A stretch of 64,000 nt of DNA from an uncultured Enterobacteriaceae bacterium (GCA_966186435.1 CBIFWW010000001.1:1463-65462); one strand, 5' to 3'; positions 52,078 to 63,043 are shown, counted from the stretch's first letter. The notes: generated from the letters alone by a model not told the origin. Made by a program: numbers and translations.

Positions 52078-52590
52078 TTATTTCTTGATATGAGGGTGGA
52101 AGTTACACGGACGGGTGCGGGCATCCAACTGGGGCGCAATAATGTTATCCCAGGCGGTGCGGCAGGCCTTAGTGGACCCCGGCATGGCAAAAATCAGGGT
52201 GCCATTCGCCATCCCGGCAATGGCCCGGGACTGGAGGGTTGAGGTTCCGATCTCTTCGAAAGAGAGCATGCGGAACACTTCACCAAAGCCTTCGATTTCA
52301 CGGTCAAATAACGGGGCCAGCGCTTCCGGGGCCTGGTCACCGTCGGTAAAACCGGTGCCGCCGTTAATCAAAATCACCTGCACATCTTCATCGGCGATCC
52401 AGTGGGAGACTTTGGCGCGGATGGCATAGCGGTTTTCTTTGACGATGGCGCTGGTGGCAATGTGGTGCCCGGCCTCTTTGGCGCTTTCACGCAGATAATC
52501 ACCGGAGGTGTCGTCCTCCGCTGTGCGGCGGCTGGAAATAGTCAATACGGCGACCTGCAGTGGGGAAAACGCTGCACTGGCTTGGCTCAT
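52078..52590 (-). CDS. moaB: MoaB (MogA-like molybdopterin-binding protein)
   Basis: 170 aa with a MoCF-biosynthesis domain (..INGGTGFT..DQAPEAL..). Confidence 0.93.
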   Translation of the reverse strand: MSQASAAFSPLQVAVLTISSRRTAEDDTSGDYLRESAKEAGHHIATSAIVKENRYAIRAKVSHWIADEDVQVILINGGTGFTDGDQAPEALAPLFDREIEGFGEVFRMLSFEEIGTSTLQSRAIAGMANGTLIFAMPGSTKACRTAWDNIIAPQLDARTRPCNFHPHIKK

Positions 52591-52614
52591 GATGTCACTC
52601 CTTTTACGCCGGCG

Positions 52615-53604
52615 TTAGCCGCCGATATAAGACAGATTTTGTGTGCTACCCGTGTTCCCGTCTAACAGGAAGTGGGTTTGCTTTTTCTGGGCAAGGGCGG
52701 AGGCAATGCGGGCCTCTAACGCCTGTTGTTGATTATCGTCCGCCAGCAAATCTCTAAGGGTGATCCCCCCCTCGCCAAACAGGCACAGGTGGAGGTTACC
52801 CACCGCAGAAACCCGCAGACGGTTGCAGCTGGCGCAGAAGTCTTTTTCATAGGGCATAATTAGCCCAATCTGGCCGGCGTAATCCGGATGGCAGAACACC
52901 TGGGCCGGGCCATCGCTGCGGCTACGGATTTGATGGATCCAGCCCCGGGCCAGGAGCTGTTCGCGGATGACGCTGCCGGAGACATGGTGTTTGCGGAACA
53001 AGTCGCCGCCGTCGCCGGTTTCCATCAGCTCAATAAAACGTAACTGAATCGGGCGTGGTTTAATCCAGGCGAGGAAGGTATCCAGTTGGTGCAAGTTAAC
53101 ATCGCGCATCAGCACGGTGTTAACTTTGACCTGCTCAAAACCGGCGGCAAAGGCGGCGTCGATACCGTCCATTACCTGGCGGAATTTATCCTGACCGGTG
53201 ATGGCCTGGAATTGGCGGGCATCAAGGCTATCCACACTCACATTGAGGGCCGTCAGCCCGGCATCACGCCAGGTCTGGACATCCCGCGCCAGGCGATACC
53301 CATTGGTGGTCACCGCAATATGGCGGATAGACTGGTTTTCACGTACCGCAGCGATGAGGTCGGTAAAGTCACGACGTAAAGAGGGTTCGCCACCGGTAAG
53401 ACGGATTTTTTCTGTGCCCAGGCTGGCAAAGGCGCGGGTGATGCGACGCACTTCATCGATGGAGAGGAAGCTCTTATTGGCGACGCCATGGGGTTTGTAA
53501 CCGTCAGGCAGGCAATAAGTACAACGAAAGTTGCATACGTCGGTCACGGACAGGCGTAAGTAATAGAACTTGCGCTCAAATGCATCGGTAAGTTGGGTAA
53601 CCAT
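52615..53604 (-). CDS. moaA: GTP 3',8-cyclase (radical SAM)
   Basis: 329 aa from [36 protein letters not shown].. (CxxxCxxC), with the C-terminal ..NLSYIGG. The ORF-track start 53637 is an extension. Confidence 0.95.
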   Translation of the reverse strand: MVTQLTDAFERKFYYLRLSVTDVCNFRCTYCLPDGYKPHGVANKSFLSIDEVRRITRAFASLGTEKIRLTGGEPSLRRDFTDLIAAVRENQSIRHIAVTTNGYRLARDVQTWRDAGLTALNVSVDSLDARQFQAITGQDKFRQVMDGIDAAFAAGFEQVKVNTVLMRDVNLHQLDTFLAWIKPRPIQLRFIELMETGDGGDLFRKHHVSGSVIREQLLARGWIHQIRSRSDGPAQVFCHPDYAGQIGLIMPYEKDFCASCNRLRVSAVGNLHLCLFGEGGITLRDLLADDNQQQALEARIASALAQKKQTHFLLDGNTGSTQNLSYIGG

Positions 53605-53606
53605 AT

Positions 53607-53722
53607 ACACCTTTCCAAATACGGGAGATGCAGTCATTTCTTACTGCACCCTGGCACCTCATGGGTGCGGCCCGGGCACCTTATCTTACGACTTAGGCGC
53701 AGGGGCTAGAGTGTGTGTTTCA
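53607..53722 (-). ncRNA. Moco (molybdenum cofactor) riboswitch in the moaA leader
   Basis: The minus strand reads CACTCTAGCCCCTGCGCC...GGTGCCAGGGTGCAGTAAGAAATGACTGCATCTCCCGTATTTGGAAAGGTGTATATG. It matches the E. coli moaA Moco-RNA leader as recalled (..CACUCUAGCCUCUGCACC...CCAGGGCGAAGGAAGAAAUGACUUCGCCUCCCGUAUCUGGAAAGGUG..). The terminal hairpin shows compensatory changes (TGCAGT/ACTGCA here versus CGAAGG/CUUCGC in E. coli). The RBS is embedded in the 3' arm. Confidence 0.8.
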
Positions 53723-53770
53723 CAGGAAACTGGTTCAGGAATAGTAGCTTTCCTGACATTCTTTCGCCAG

Positions 53771-53810
53771 AATAACCACGCTATATAAAGTTATATATAT
53801 CGTGGTTATT
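53771..53810. promoter_or_regulatory. 40-bp inverted repeat with TATATA cores, ModE-operator-like
   Basis: AATAACCACG-CTATATAAAGTTATATATAT-CGTGGTTATT: the outer 10-bp arms are an exact reverse complement, and the inner CGnTATATA / TATATAnCG halves resemble ModE sites. It lies upstream of the moaA leader. Confidence 0.55.
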
Positions 53811-53940
53811 CAGTATTTTAGCTACAGGGTACGCATTTATCGCGTTTATGCTTTGATTTACATCATTAACTGCCGGGCAACCATCGTGTTCCCACTAAAA
53901 TTACGCTAACGTTAGGCAACAATATTGATAAGGAAAATCC

Positions 53941-54849
53941 ATGCGCAACCGAACTCTCTCAGACCTGGATCGGGTGGTTGCCCTCGGCGGCGGTCACGGT
54001 CTGGGGCGGGTCATGTCCTCCCTGGCATTTCTCGGCCCTCGTCTGACCGGCATTGTTACCACCACCGACAACGGCGGCTCCACCGGCCGGATCCGTCGGG
54101 CCGAAGGCGGGATAGCCTGGGGGGATATGCGCAATTGCCTGAATCAGCTGATCACCGAGCCAAGCGTGGCATCCTCAATGTTTGAATACCGTTTTGGCGG
54201 CAATGGCGAGCTTTCTGGTCATAACCTCGGGAATTTAATGCTTAAGGCCCTCGACCACCTGAGCGTGCGCCCGCTGGAGGCCATCAACTTAATCAGAAAT
54301 CTGCTCAAGGTTGATGCCTCGCTAATACCTATGTCCGAACAGCCAGTGGATTTAATGGCGATAGACCACGAAGGCCACCCGGTGTACGGCGAGGTAAATA
54401 TTGATCAGCTCTCCCTGCCCCCATCGGAGATGATGCTCTCCCCCCATGTACCGGCCACCAAAGAAGCCGTCACCGCCATTGCCGAGGCCGATTTGATTTT
54501 GATTGGCCCCGGCAGTTTCTATACCAGCCTGATCCCGCTACTGTTGGTGGACGATCTGGCCCAGGCATTGCGCCGTACCCCGGCCCCGATGGTGTACATC
54601 GGTAACCTGGGTAAAGAGCTGAGCGTGGCGGCCGCCAGCCTGACCTTAGAGCATAAGCTGGCTTATATGGAGCAACTGGTGGGTAAACCAGTGGTGGATG
54701 CGGTGGTGGTAGGCCCCCATGTGGATACCAGCGGCTTGGGCGATTGTTTGGTAATTAAAGAACCGCTGGAAGCCGAAGATATCCCTTATCGCCACGACCG
54801 CCATTTGCTGCGGGCGGCGCTGGAACATGCGGTACAGGCGCTGGGATAA
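53941..54849 (+). CDS. ybhK: CofD/YvcK-family protein (gluconeogenesis factor-like)
   Basis: 302 aa. ..[31 protein letters not shown].. is colinear with E. coli YbhK. Confidence 0.93.
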   Translation: MRNRTLSDLDRVVALGGGHGLGRVMSSLAFLGPRLTGIVTTTDNGGSTGRIRRAEGGIAWGDMRNCLNQLITEPSVASSMFEYRFGGNGELSGHNLGNLMLKALDHLSVRPLEAINLIRNLLKVDASLIPMSEQPVDLMAIDHEGHPVYGEVNIDQLSLPPSEMMLSPHVPATKEAVTAIAEADLILIGPGSFYTSLIPLLLVDDLAQALRRTPAPMVYIGNLGKELSVAAASLTLEHKLAYMEQLVGKPVVDAVVVGPHVDTSGLGDCLVIKEPLEAEDIPYRHDRHLLRAALEHAVQALG

Positions 54850-54862
54850 ATTAGTCGCAATC

Positions 54863-54901
54863 AAAAAGCCCCCAATGCAGTTAAAGCAGCGGGGGCTTTT
54901 T
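54863..54901. terminator. bidirectional terminator (ybhK / uvrB)
   Basis: aaaaagccccc-N17-gggggcttttt between convergent genes. Confidence 0.75.
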
Positions 54902-54915
54902 GATATTTCGGCCGG

Positions 54916-56928
54916 TCAGGAAGTGGCGATAAACAATTCACGCAACTGCTGCAATTGATCGCGCAGTTGGGCCGCTTCCTCGAACTCCAGATTTTGGGCA
55001 TGCTCCAGCATCTTCCCTTCCAGCTCGTGGATTTTCTGGCTGAGGGCCTTCGGTGACATATCAATATCGTCTTCCACCACCACCGCTTTGCCACGGCCCC
55101 GTTTGGGTTTGGTTTTGGCGATGTTCTGGCCGAGAGCCAGGATATCCACCACTTTCTTATTCAGCCCCTGCGGCACAATGCCGTGCTCAAGGTTATATTG
55201 ATGCTGTTTCTCACGGCGGCGCTCGGTTTCACTAATGGCTTTCGCCATCGATGGGGTGATTTTATCCCCGTACAGAATCGCTTTACCGTTGACGTTACGA
55301 GCGGCGCGGCCAATGGTCTGGATCAGGGAGCGCTCGGAACGCAGGAAGCCTTCTTTATCGGCATCCAGAATCGCCACCAGCGAGACTTCCGGCATATCCA
55401 GCCCTTCTCGCAGCAAGTTGATCCCCACCAGCACGTTAAACTCGCCGAGGCGTAGGTCACGGATGATCTCCATACGCTCTACGGTATCAATATCTGAGTG
55501 CAGGTAGCGCACCTTTTCGCCGTGCTCTTCCAGATATTCGGTCAGATCTTCCGCCATACGTTTGGTGAGGGTGGTCACTAGCACCCGCTCATTGATTTCA
55601 ACCCGCTTGCGGATTTCCGATAACAGGTCATCCACCTGGGTGCCTACCGGGCGCACTTCGATTATCGGATCTAACAGCCCAGTTGGCCGCACCACTTGGT
55701 CGACAATTTCCCCAGCGGATTTCTCCAGCTCGTAGTTACCGGGGGTGGCGGAAACATAAATAGTTTGCGGGGCCAGCGCCTCAAATTCTTCGAATTTCAT
55801 TGGGCGGTTATCCAGGGCCGACGGCAGACGAAAACCATACTCCACCAGCGTCTCTTTACGCGCACGGTCACCGCGATACATGCCGCCAATCTGCGGGATG
55901 GTGACGTGGGATTCATCCACCACCAGTAGGCCATCGGCAGGCAAATAGTCAAATAGGGTTGGCGGTGCCTCGCCAGGGCCGCGCCCGGAGAGATAGCGCG
56001 AGTAGTTTTCGATACCGGAGCAGTAGCCCAGCTCGTTCATCATTTCGAGATCAAACTGAGTACGCTGCGACAGGCGCTGTTCTTCCAGCAGCTTGTTATT
56101 CGCCAACAGCACTTTCTTGCGGTCCACCAGCTCGCCTTTGATATCTTCCATGGCCTGAACAATACGCTCACGTGGGGTCACGTAGTGGGTTTTCGGATAC
56201 ACCGTAAAGCGCTGGATAACCGACTCAATCTGGCCGGTGAGCGGATCAAACAGTGACAGCCGCTCTACTTCTTCATCAAATAACTCCACCCGCAGTGCGT
56301 GGTCGTCAGATTCCGCCGGGAAGATATCAATCACCTCGCCGCGCACCCGGAAGGTACCGCGTTGGAAGGCCTGATCGTTGCGGGTGTACTGCAACTCCGC
56401 CAGGCGGCGCAAAATGGCGCGCTGATCGATGATCATCCCCTGGGTGAGGTGCAGCATCATTTTAAGGTACAGATCAGGATCACCCAGGCCATAGATAGCA
56501 GATACCGAGGCCACCACTACCACGTCCCGGCGTTCCAGCAAGGCTTTGGTGGCCGACAGACGCATCTGTTCGATATGTTCGTTTATTGAGGCGTCTTTTT
56601 CGATAAAGGTGTCGGAGCTGGGTACATAAGCCTCGGGCTGGTAATAGTCATAATAAGAGACAAAGTATTCCACGGCATTATCCGGGAAGAACTCTTTCAT
56701 CTCGCCATATAGCTGGGCTGCCAGAGTTTTGTTCGGTGCCAGTACCATCGTGGGCCGCTGTAGATCGGCAATCACATTGGCAATGGTAAACGTCTTACCG
56801 GAGCCGGTCACCCCGAGTAAAGTTTGGTGGGCCAGGCCATCTTCCAAACCTTCTTTCAGACGCCGGATAGCATCAGGCTGGTCGCCGGACGGTTTGAACG
56901 CAGAATGCAGGGAAAGCGCTTTACTCAT
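54916..56928 (-). CDS. uvrB: excinuclease ABC subunit B
   Basis: 670 aa from [52 protein letters not shown].., near-identical to E. coli UvrB. The ORF-track start 56955 adds 9 residues. Confidence 0.97.
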   Translation of the reverse strand: MSKALSLHSAFKPSGDQPDAIRRLKEGLEDGLAHQTLLGVTGSGKTFTIANVIADLQRPTMVLAPNKTLAAQLYGEMKEFFPDNAVEYFVSYYDYYQPEAYVPSSDTFIEKDASINEHIEQMRLSATKALLERRDVVVVASVSAIYGLGDPDLYLKMMLHLTQGMIIDQRAILRRLAELQYTRNDQAFQRGTFRVRGEVIDIFPAESDDHALRVELFDEEVERLSLFDPLTGQIESVIQRFTVYPKTHYVTPRERIVQAMEDIKGELVDRKKVLLANNKLLEEQRLSQRTQFDLEMMNELGYCSGIENYSRYLSGRGPGEAPPTLFDYLPADGLLVVDESHVTIPQIGGMYRGDRARKETLVEYGFRLPSALDNRPMKFEEFEALAPQTIYVSATPGNYELEKSAGEIVDQVVRPTGLLDPIIEVRPVGTQVDDLLSEIRKRVEINERVLVTTLTKRMAEDLTEYLEEHGEKVRYLHSDIDTVERMEIIRDLRLGEFNVLVGINLLREGLDMPEVSLVAILDADKEGFLRSERSLIQTIGRAARNVNGKAILYGDKITPSMAKAISETERRREKQHQYNLEHGIVPQGLNKKVVDILALGQNIAKTKPKRGRGKAVVVEDDIDMSPKALSQKIHELEGKMLEHAQNLEFEEAAQLRDQLQQLRELFIATS

Positions 56929-56997
56929 GAGGTACCTGTGGTGATACGCGGACAATCCTTAATCTTACGCTTTAACGTATTTTTTGCCAGCAATTAA

Positions 56998-57017
56998 TAC
57001 TGGATATCCAACCAGTA
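56998..57017 (-). promoter_or_regulatory. LexA (SOS) box of uvrB
   Basis: TACTGGATATCCAACCAGTA (minus strand TACTGGTTGGATATCCAGTA) has the form CTGG-N8-CCAG. It shares the ATCCAGTA half with the E. coli uvrB box AACTGTTTTTTTATCCAGTA as recalled. It lies 70-89 bp upstream of the uvrB ATG. Confidence 0.7.
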
Positions 57018-57317
57018 ATTGCTGGGTATATTCGGAGTGGATCGCTCAAAAATCAGCAATGCCGACTAAAATTTCACCTAAGTCCAGCGTAAAAATACCC
57101 CTGCTCGCTTTATCCCCAAAACATTTCAGGATTTAACATTTGTCAACCCGCTAAGTATAAGTTTATTCAAACTCTCAAAGCGGGTGCCCGGGAGGATTGA
57201 TTTTAATTATGTGATTGATTTTAAAAACTATCTTTTAAAAGACGGCTTTCGCGTCAATTCAGGCTAAACCCGCGCCCCCTCTCGCTTACCGATAGTTTTC
57301 TAACTCTAATGCACATG

Positions 57318-57342
57318 GTTATCCACAGGAATAGTGGATAAC
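57318..57342. promoter_or_regulatory. inverted pair of consensus DnaA boxes
   Basis: GTTATCCACAGGAATAGTGGATAAC has TTATCCACA at 57319-57327 on the plus strand and TTATCCAC on the minus strand at 57334-57341. A DnaA box is known upstream of E. coli uvrB (P3 region). Confidence 0.65.
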
Positions 57343-57494
57343 TATCGGCAGCCCATACACCACGCGGGTGGGTAAAATCTTTGCTAACCCTATGGCAGGC
57401 CCAGAAAAAAAATAATTATCATTTTTTTGGCCCCGAGCGGGGCCAGCAGACCTGCGAATAGCGCGTTTATATTCTCTGTCCAAGGGAATTTATT

Positions 57495-58181
57495 TTAAGC
57501 GATAAATAGCGGCGAGAGATCCAGTTGATGGCCCTGAGATTGCTCCAGCGCATTGGCATCCAGATAAGGAATCTCCCCCAGTAGTGGCGCAGCAATATTG
57601 TCTTTCAGAAACGCCATGTATTCTTTATGCCGGGCGCTGACTGGCTGTACATCATTGGCAATCCAGCCCACCAGCGGCAGACCTGACTGTTGAATCGCCT
57701 GGGCGGTTAACAGGGCATGGTTGATACAGCCCAGCTTGATACCCACCACCAGGATCACTGGCAGCTGTTCCTCCACCGCCCAATCGGAGAAAAAGCGCGC
57801 CGGGCTAAGGGGGGTAAACCAGCCACCGGCCCCTTCCACCTGCACCCACTCTGCGCGCTGTTCCAGAGTCCGTAGCCCGGCCGACATCACAGTAAATTCA
57901 ATAGGCTGGCCGCTGGCCTCACTGACAATATGTGGCGAGGTTGGCTCAGCGAAGGTATAGGGATTGACCTCACCATAGGTCAACGCCACAGAACTATGGT
58001 GCTGGAGCGCCAAGGCATCACTGTTCCGCAGCCCTTCGGCCAGTTGCTCACTGCCGGATGCCACCGGCTTGTAGCCTGCGGTAGTGAGGCCACGGGCGGC
58101 GGCGGCGTCCAGTAATGCACAGCTGGCAACGGTTTTGCCCACTTCGGTATCGGTACCGGTTACGAACCAACGTTTAATCAC
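57495..58181 (-). CDS. bioD: dethiobiotin synthetase
   Basis: 228 aa. [20 protein letters not shown].. (P-loop), colinear with E. coli BioD. Confidence 0.95.
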   Translation of the reverse strand: MIKRWFVTGTDTEVGKTVASCALLDAAAARGLTTAGYKPVASGSEQLAEGLRNSDALALQHHSSVALTYGEVNPYTFAEPTSPHIVSEASGQPIEFTVMSAGLRTLEQRAEWVQVEGAGGWFTPLSPARFFSDWAVEEQLPVILVVGIKLGCINHALLTAQAIQQSGLPLVGWIANDVQPVSARHKEYMAFLKDNIAAPLLGEIPYLDANALEQSQGHQLDLSPLFIA

Positions 58182-58926
58182 GATGTATTACCCCGTAAAG
58201 CAATTGATAAGTGAGTAGATATTCCCCGCCCTGCTGTGGCCAGGCGGCAGCCAGACGTTGTAGCTGGCCCCGGGTTAATACCCGCGCCTGACGGCCATCG
58301 TGGAGATGGGTGGCCCCAATCCCCTTCAGGCTGCGCATGGCGGCCATCACATCCGGGAACCGGCACTGCACCGCCTCCTGGATCACTTCACCGCCTGGCC
58401 CACAGGCCGCCAGCACCGTTTCGCGGCTGAGAAAACGGTTGGCATGGGGCTGGTCATCCACCCCGCGCCAGGCCTGATGCAGCTCCTGTAATGAACCTGC
58501 TCCAAGGGTGCTGAACACCACCCGGCCACCGGGGCGGGTCACCCGCCGTAGTTCGCTCAATCCATGGGATAATTCACTGCACCATTGCACCGCCAGGTTG
58601 CTCCAGGCCAAATCCACAGCGGCATCCGCAAGCGGGATATGTTCGATATCGCCACACAGATAGCGGCTGGCAGCGCCGTGGCGACGGGCGGTATCCAGCA
58701 TTTGCGGGGAGAGATCCAGCGCCGTCACATCACAGCCCTGGGCCTGCCAATGGCGGGCATACCAGCCGGTACCGCAACCGGCATCCAACACCTGACTTAC
58801 CGGGGTGGTACCGGCCAGGGTGAGCAGCCGATCGCCGGCGATGCGCTGGAGTTCGGCATGATCTTCATAGGTATTGGCCGCCCGGCCAAAGGCCGCCGCC
58901 ACCGCCTGTTTATTGACGTTGGGCAT
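58174..58926 (-). CDS. bioC: malonyl-ACP O-methyltransferase
   Basis: 250 aa from [28 protein letters not shown].., with the SAM motif VLDAGCGTG. It overlaps bioD by 8 nt and bioF by 17 nt. Confidence 0.92.
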   Translation of the reverse strand: MPNVNKQAVAAAFGRAANTYEDHAELQRIAGDRLLTLAGTTPVSQVLDAGCGTGWYARHWQAQGCDVTALDLSPQMLDTARRHGAASRYLCGDIEHIPLADAAVDLAWSNLAVQWCSELSHGLSELRRVTRPGGRVVFSTLGAGSLQELHQAWRGVDDQPHANRFLSRETVLAACGPGGEVIQEAVQCRFPDVMAAMRSLKGIGATHLHDGRQARVLTRGQLQRLAAAWPQQGGEYLLTYQLLYGVIHRD

Positions 58927-60064
58927 GGTGCAGCGCCTCCAGTAATTGGTCGATATCATGAGGTTGATGGGCGGCAGTAAGGGTCAGCCGCAGCCGCGCC
59001 GTCCCGGCAGGCACCGTCGGCGGGCGAATGGCGGTGGCCCATAGCCCACGCTCGCGTAGCGCCCTGGCTGCAGTCAGTACCGCCTCGTTTTCACCAATAA
59101 TCAGCGGCTGGATGGCGGTGTCTGAGGGCATAAGCGACCATCCCAGTGATCGTGCGCCATCGCGGAAGCGGGCAATATTGGCCGCCAGCCGCGCCCGCAG
59201 CCCATCCCCTTCACGGATACAGTTCAGGGCAGCCAGCAGGGCGTGGGCCTGAGCCGGGGGCATACTGGTGCTGTAAATCAAATGGCGGGCAAATTGCAGC
59301 AGATAATCTGCCATCGCCTCGCTACACAGTACCGCAGCCCCACTTAAACCAAAGGCTTTGCCGAAGGTGACCACCAGCAAATCCGGCTTGATCCCGGCCT
59401 GATAGCAGCTGCCTCGTCCCTCTTCCCCCAGTACCCCGATACCGTGGGCATCATCCACCATCAGCAGGGCCTTGGCCCGCTGACTGTGGGCGGCGATGGC
59501 GGCCAGGGGCGCGCTGTCACCATCCATACTGAATACCCCTTCGGTCACCACCAACTGCTGCCCGGACAGGGGCTTCGCCAGTAGGGCTTCCAGTGCATCG
59601 CTATCGTTATGGGCAAAGCGCCGCAGTTGGGCCGGGCTGAGGGCCGCCGCCTCCTGCAACGAGGCATGGCTGAGCTTATCAGCCACAATGCGGTCTTCTT
59701 TGGTCGCCAGGGCAGCAATCAGGGCCTGATTGGCGGCAAAGCCAGAGATAAACAGCAGCGCCCGCGGGTAGCCCAGCCATTCCGCCAGCCGGTGTTCGAA
59801 GGCCAGATGAGCCGGGTGATACCCGGTCACATGACCAGAGCCACCGCTCCCCACGCCCCACTGCGACGCCCCTTGCTGCCAGGCTGCCGTCACCAGCGGA
59901 TGATGGCTTAAGCCAAGGTAATCATTGCTGGAGAAGTTGAGATACTCCTGCCCCTGATAACGTAAACGCCCCAACGGGGCGCTCTCAACAGAGGTGCGGC
60001 TGCGCAGTGCATCCTGCTGCTTACGCTCAGCTAGCGCCCCGTGAATTCGGGCCTGCCAGGTCAC
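58910..60064 (-). CDS. bioF: 8-amino-7-oxononanoate synthase
   Basis: 384 aa, PLP-dependent (..TFGKAFG.. lysine motif), in bio operon context. Confidence 0.94.
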   Translation of the reverse strand: MTWQARIHGALAERKQQDALRSRTSVESAPLGRLRYQGQEYLNFSSNDYLGLSHHPLVTAAWQQGASQWGVGSGGSGHVTGYHPAHLAFEHRLAEWLGYPRALLFISGFAANQALIAALATKEDRIVADKLSHASLQEAAALSPAQLRRFAHNDSDALEALLAKPLSGQQLVVTEGVFSMDGDSAPLAAIAAHSQRAKALLMVDDAHGIGVLGEEGRGSCYQAGIKPDLLVVTFGKAFGLSGAAVLCSEAMADYLLQFARHLIYSTSMPPAQAHALLAALNCIREGDGLRARLAANIARFRDGARSLGWSLMPSDTAIQPLIIGENEAVLTAARALRERGLWATAIRPPTVPAGTARLRLTLTAAHQPHDIDQLLEALHHAQRQ

Positions 60065-61101
60065 CGTGCCGCCGCGTTATAGAACTGGTCGGTATCTGCT
60101 GACATCAGCTGGCTGGCGATCTGCTGTTGCTGTTCATTGTCGCCGTGCTGCACCGCCACCGGCTCCGGATTGATACCCAGTTTGCGGAACAGCATCATGT
60201 CTTTGTCTTCGCCAGGGTTCGGGGTAGTCAGCAGTTTGCAACCGTAGAATATCGAGTTGGCCCCGGCCATAAAGCACAGCGCCTGGGTTTGTTCGTTCAT
60301 CTGCTCGCGGCCTGCGGAGAGGCGCACATGGGAGCCTGGCATCATGATGCGGGCGATGGCGATGGTGCGGATAAAATCAAAGGGATCGACGTCATCGTTC
60401 TCCGCCAGCGGGGTCCCTTTGACCTTCACCAGCATATTGATTGGCACGCTTTCTGGCGGAGTGGGCAAATTCGCCAATTGAAGCAGCAGCCCGGCCCGGT
60501 CATTCACCGCTTCACCCAAGCCCACAATCCCGCCGGAGCAGACTTTGATCCCGGCATCACGAACTTTGCCCAGGGTATCCAGGCGCTCCTGGTAGCTACG
60601 GGTGGTGATGATATTGCCGTAGAACTCCGGAGAAGTGTCGAGGTTATGGTTGTAGTAATCCAGCCCGGCATCGGCCAGGCGATCGGCCTGTGGGCCGGTC
60701 AGAGTGCCGAGGGTCATACAGGTTTCCATCCCCAGGGCCTTCACCCCCTGCACCATCTGCTCCAGATAGGGCATATCGCGGTCCTTGGGGTTTTTCCAGG
60801 CCGCGCCCATGCAGAAGCGGGTAGAACCGGCGGCTTTGGCCTGGCGGGCCGAATCCAGCACCTGATCCACTTCCATCAACCGTTCTGATTCCAGCCCGGT
60901 TTTATAGCGGGCGCTCTGCGGGCAATATTTGCAGTCTTCCGGGCAGGCCCCGGTTTTGATCGACAGCAAGGTACTGACCTGTACCTGACGGGGGTCGAAG
61001 TGCTGGCGGTGAACTTGTTGTGCTTCGAACAACAGATCCATAAACGGTTTTTCAAATAACTCGGTGACTTGCGACAAAGTCCACTGCTTGTGTTGAGCCA
61101 T
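60061..61101 (-). CDS. bioB: biotin synthase (radical SAM)
   Basis: 346 aa from [63 protein letters not shown].., near-identical to E. coli BioB. Confidence 0.96.
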   Translation of the reverse strand: MAQHKQWTLSQVTELFEKPFMDLLFEAQQVHRQHFDPRQVQVSTLLSIKTGACPEDCKYCPQSARYKTGLESERLMEVDQVLDSARQAKAAGSTRFCMGAAWKNPKDRDMPYLEQMVQGVKALGMETCMTLGTLTGPQADRLADAGLDYYNHNLDTSPEFYGNIITTRSYQERLDTLGKVRDAGIKVCSGGIVGLGEAVNDRAGLLLQLANLPTPPESVPINMLVKVKGTPLAENDDVDPFDFIRTIAIARIMMPGSHVRLSAGREQMNEQTQALCFMAGANSIFYGCKLLTTPNPGEDKDMMLFRKLGINPEPVAVQHGDNEQQQQIASQLMSADTDQFYNAAAR

Positions 61102-61148
61102 GCTGCTCTCCAAAGGGGGGGTGTAATGCATTTAAGTTTGACGTTATA

Positions 61149-61184
61149 CTTGTAAACCTAAAACTTTTCAAAATGGTTTACAAG
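61149..61184. promoter_or_regulatory. bio operator (BirA binding site) in the divergent bioB/bioA promoter region
   Basis: CTTGTAAACCtaaaacttttcaaaatGGTTTACAAG has exact 10-bp inverted termini identical to the TTGTAAACC / GGTTTACAAG arms of E. coli bioO. It ends 5 bp before the bioA ATG. Confidence 0.85.
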
Positions 61185-61188
61185 CCCC

Positions 61189-62478
61189 ATGCTGACCTCT
61201 GACGATTTGGCTTTTGACGCCCGCCATATCTGGCATCCGTACACCTCGATGACCAACCCCCTGCCGGTTTATCCGGTGGCCTCCGCCGCTGGCTGTGAGT
61301 TAACCCTCAGCAGCGGTGAGGTACTGGTGGATGGTATGTCCTCCTGGTGGGCGGCGATCCACGGCTACAACCACCCGGTGATCAACCAGGCGATGAAGGC
61401 CCAGATCGACAGCATGTCCCACGTGATGTTTGGCGGGATCACCCACGCCCCGGCGGTGGAACTGTGCCGCAAGCTGGTGGCGATGACCCCGGACTCGCTG
61501 GAGTGCGTGTTCCTGGCTGATTCCGGTTCGGTGGCGGTGGAAGTCGCCATGAAGATGGCCTTGCAGTACTGGCATGCCAAAGGCCAGCCGCGCCAGCGTT
61601 TCCTGACCCTACGCCACGGCTACCATGGGGATACTTTTGGGGCGATGTCAGTGTGCGATCCGGATAATTCGATGCACAGCCTGTGGCAGGGTTATCTGCC
61701 GGAACACCTGTTTGCCCCGGCCCCTACCTGCGGATTTAACGATCCCTGGGATGAGATGGATATCGCCCCCTTTGCCCGGCTGATGGCGGCCTACCGCCAG
61801 GAGATCGCCGCCATTATTCTGGAGCCAATTGTTCAGGGCGCCGGTGGCATGCGGATGTACCACCCGGAATGGCTGCGGCGTATCCGGAAAATGTGCGATC
61901 GGGAAGGTATCCTGCTGATTGCCGATGAGATCGCCACCGGCTTTGGCCGTACCGGTGAACTGTTTGCCTGTAACCATGCCGGGATTGCCCCGGACATTCT
62001 GTGCCTCGGCAAAGCCATAACCGGCGGCACAATGACCCTTTCCGCGGCCCTCACCACCCGCCAGGTGGCAGAGACTATCAGCAAGGGGGAAGCCGGGTGC
62101 TTTATGCATGGCCCCACCTTTATGGGTAACCCATTAGCCTGTGCCGCCGCCTGTGCCAGTCTCTCGCTGCTGGAGAGCGGTGAATGGCGCCAGCAGGTGG
62201 CCACTATTGCCGAACAACTGGAAGCCGCCTTACGCCCGCTGGCCGATGAGGCGCTGGTGGCCGATGTGCGGGTGCTGGGCGCTATTGGCGTGGTGGAAAC
62301 CACCCGCCCGGTCAATATGGCAGCCCTTCAGCAATACTTTGTGGCTCAAGGCGTGTGGATCCGCCCCTTCGGCAAGCTGATTTATTTAATGCCGCCTTAT
62401 ATCATTAGCCCGGCACAGCTAGCGAAGCTGACCCAGGCAGTGGCCGGAGCGGTGCGCCAGCCAGCGCTGTTTAACTGA
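61189..62478 (+). CDS. bioA: adenosylmethionine-8-amino-7-oxononanoate aminotransferase
   Basis: 429 aa, class-III aminotransferase (..[14 protein letters not shown].., ..CLGKAITGG..), divergent from bioBFCD. Confidence 0.95.
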   Translation: MLTSDDLAFDARHIWHPYTSMTNPLPVYPVASAAGCELTLSSGEVLVDGMSSWWAAIHGYNHPVINQAMKAQIDSMSHVMFGGITHAPAVELCRKLVAMTPDSLECVFLADSGSVAVEVAMKMALQYWHAKGQPRQRFLTLRHGYHGDTFGAMSVCDPDNSMHSLWQGYLPEHLFAPAPTCGFNDPWDEMDIAPFARLMAAYRQEIAAIILEPIVQGAGGMRMYHPEWLRRIRKMCDREGILLIADEIATGFGRTGELFACNHAGIAPDILCLGKAITGGTMTLSAALTTRQVAETISKGEAGCFMHGPTFMGNPLACAAACASLSLLESGEWRQQVATIAEQLEAALRPLADEALVADVRVLGAIGVVETTRPVNMAALQQYFVAQGVWIRPFGKLIYLMPPYIISPAQLAKLTQAVAGAVRQPALFN

Positions 62479-62559
62479 GTCACATTCTGTCACCCCCTGG
62501 TTATTGTCACAGGGCGGTTTTTCTGCCACAAAGTAAGGGACCTGAAAAAAGGAGTGAGC

Positions 62560-63036
62560 ATGAAATTAATCAGCCAGGATTTACGCGACGGGGATAAATT
62601 GCCCCAGCGCCATGTGTTTAACGGCATGGGCTACGAAGGGGATAACCTCTCCCCCCATTTGGCCTGGGATGAAGTCCCCGCCGGGACCAAAAGCTTTGTG
62701 GTGACCTGTTATGATCCCGATGCCCCTACCGGCTCCGGCTGGTGGCACTGGATCGTCGCCAACCTCCCGGCGGATACCCGGGTGCTGCCACAGGGCAGCG
62801 GTTCCGGCGTGACAGACCTGCCAGAAGGGGCGGTGCAAACCCGTACGGACTTCGGCAAAGCCGGTTACGGTGGCGCGGCACCGCCGAAAGGGGAGACCCA
62901 CCGTTATATCTTCACGGTTCACGCCCTGGATGTGGATCATCTCGATGTTGACGAAGGTGCCAGTGGGGCTATGGTGGGCTTTAACGTTCACTTCCATTCA
63001 TTAGGTAGCGCCAGTATCACCGCGCTATTTAGCTAA
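62560..63036 (+). CDS. ybhB: PEBP/YbhB-family (Raf-kinase-inhibitor-like) protein
   Basis: MKLISQDLRDGDKLPQRHVFNGMGYEGDNLSPHLAWDEVPAGTKSFVVTCYDPDAPTGSGWWHW.. is near-identical to E. coli YbhB (158 aa). ATG 62560 follows AAGGAG; the ORF-track GTG 62554 is less likely. Confidence 0.93.
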   Translation: MKLISQDLRDGDKLPQRHVFNGMGYEGDNLSPHLAWDEVPAGTKSFVVTCYDPDAPTGSGWWHWIVANLPADTRVLPQGSGSGVTDLPEGAVQTRTDFGKAGYGGAAPPKGETHRYIFTVHALDVDHLDVDEGASGAMVGFNVHFHSLGSASITALFS

Positions 63037-63043
63037 CCCCCCC

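Noticed and set aside
57408-57450. GC hairpin ggccccg-agc-ggggcc flanked by A8...T7, considered as the bioD terminator
   Set aside because: On the bioD (minus) strand the stem is followed by an A-run, not a U-run. On the plus strand the T-run precedes the stem. It therefore does not fit an intrinsic terminator in either direction, and its function is undetermined.
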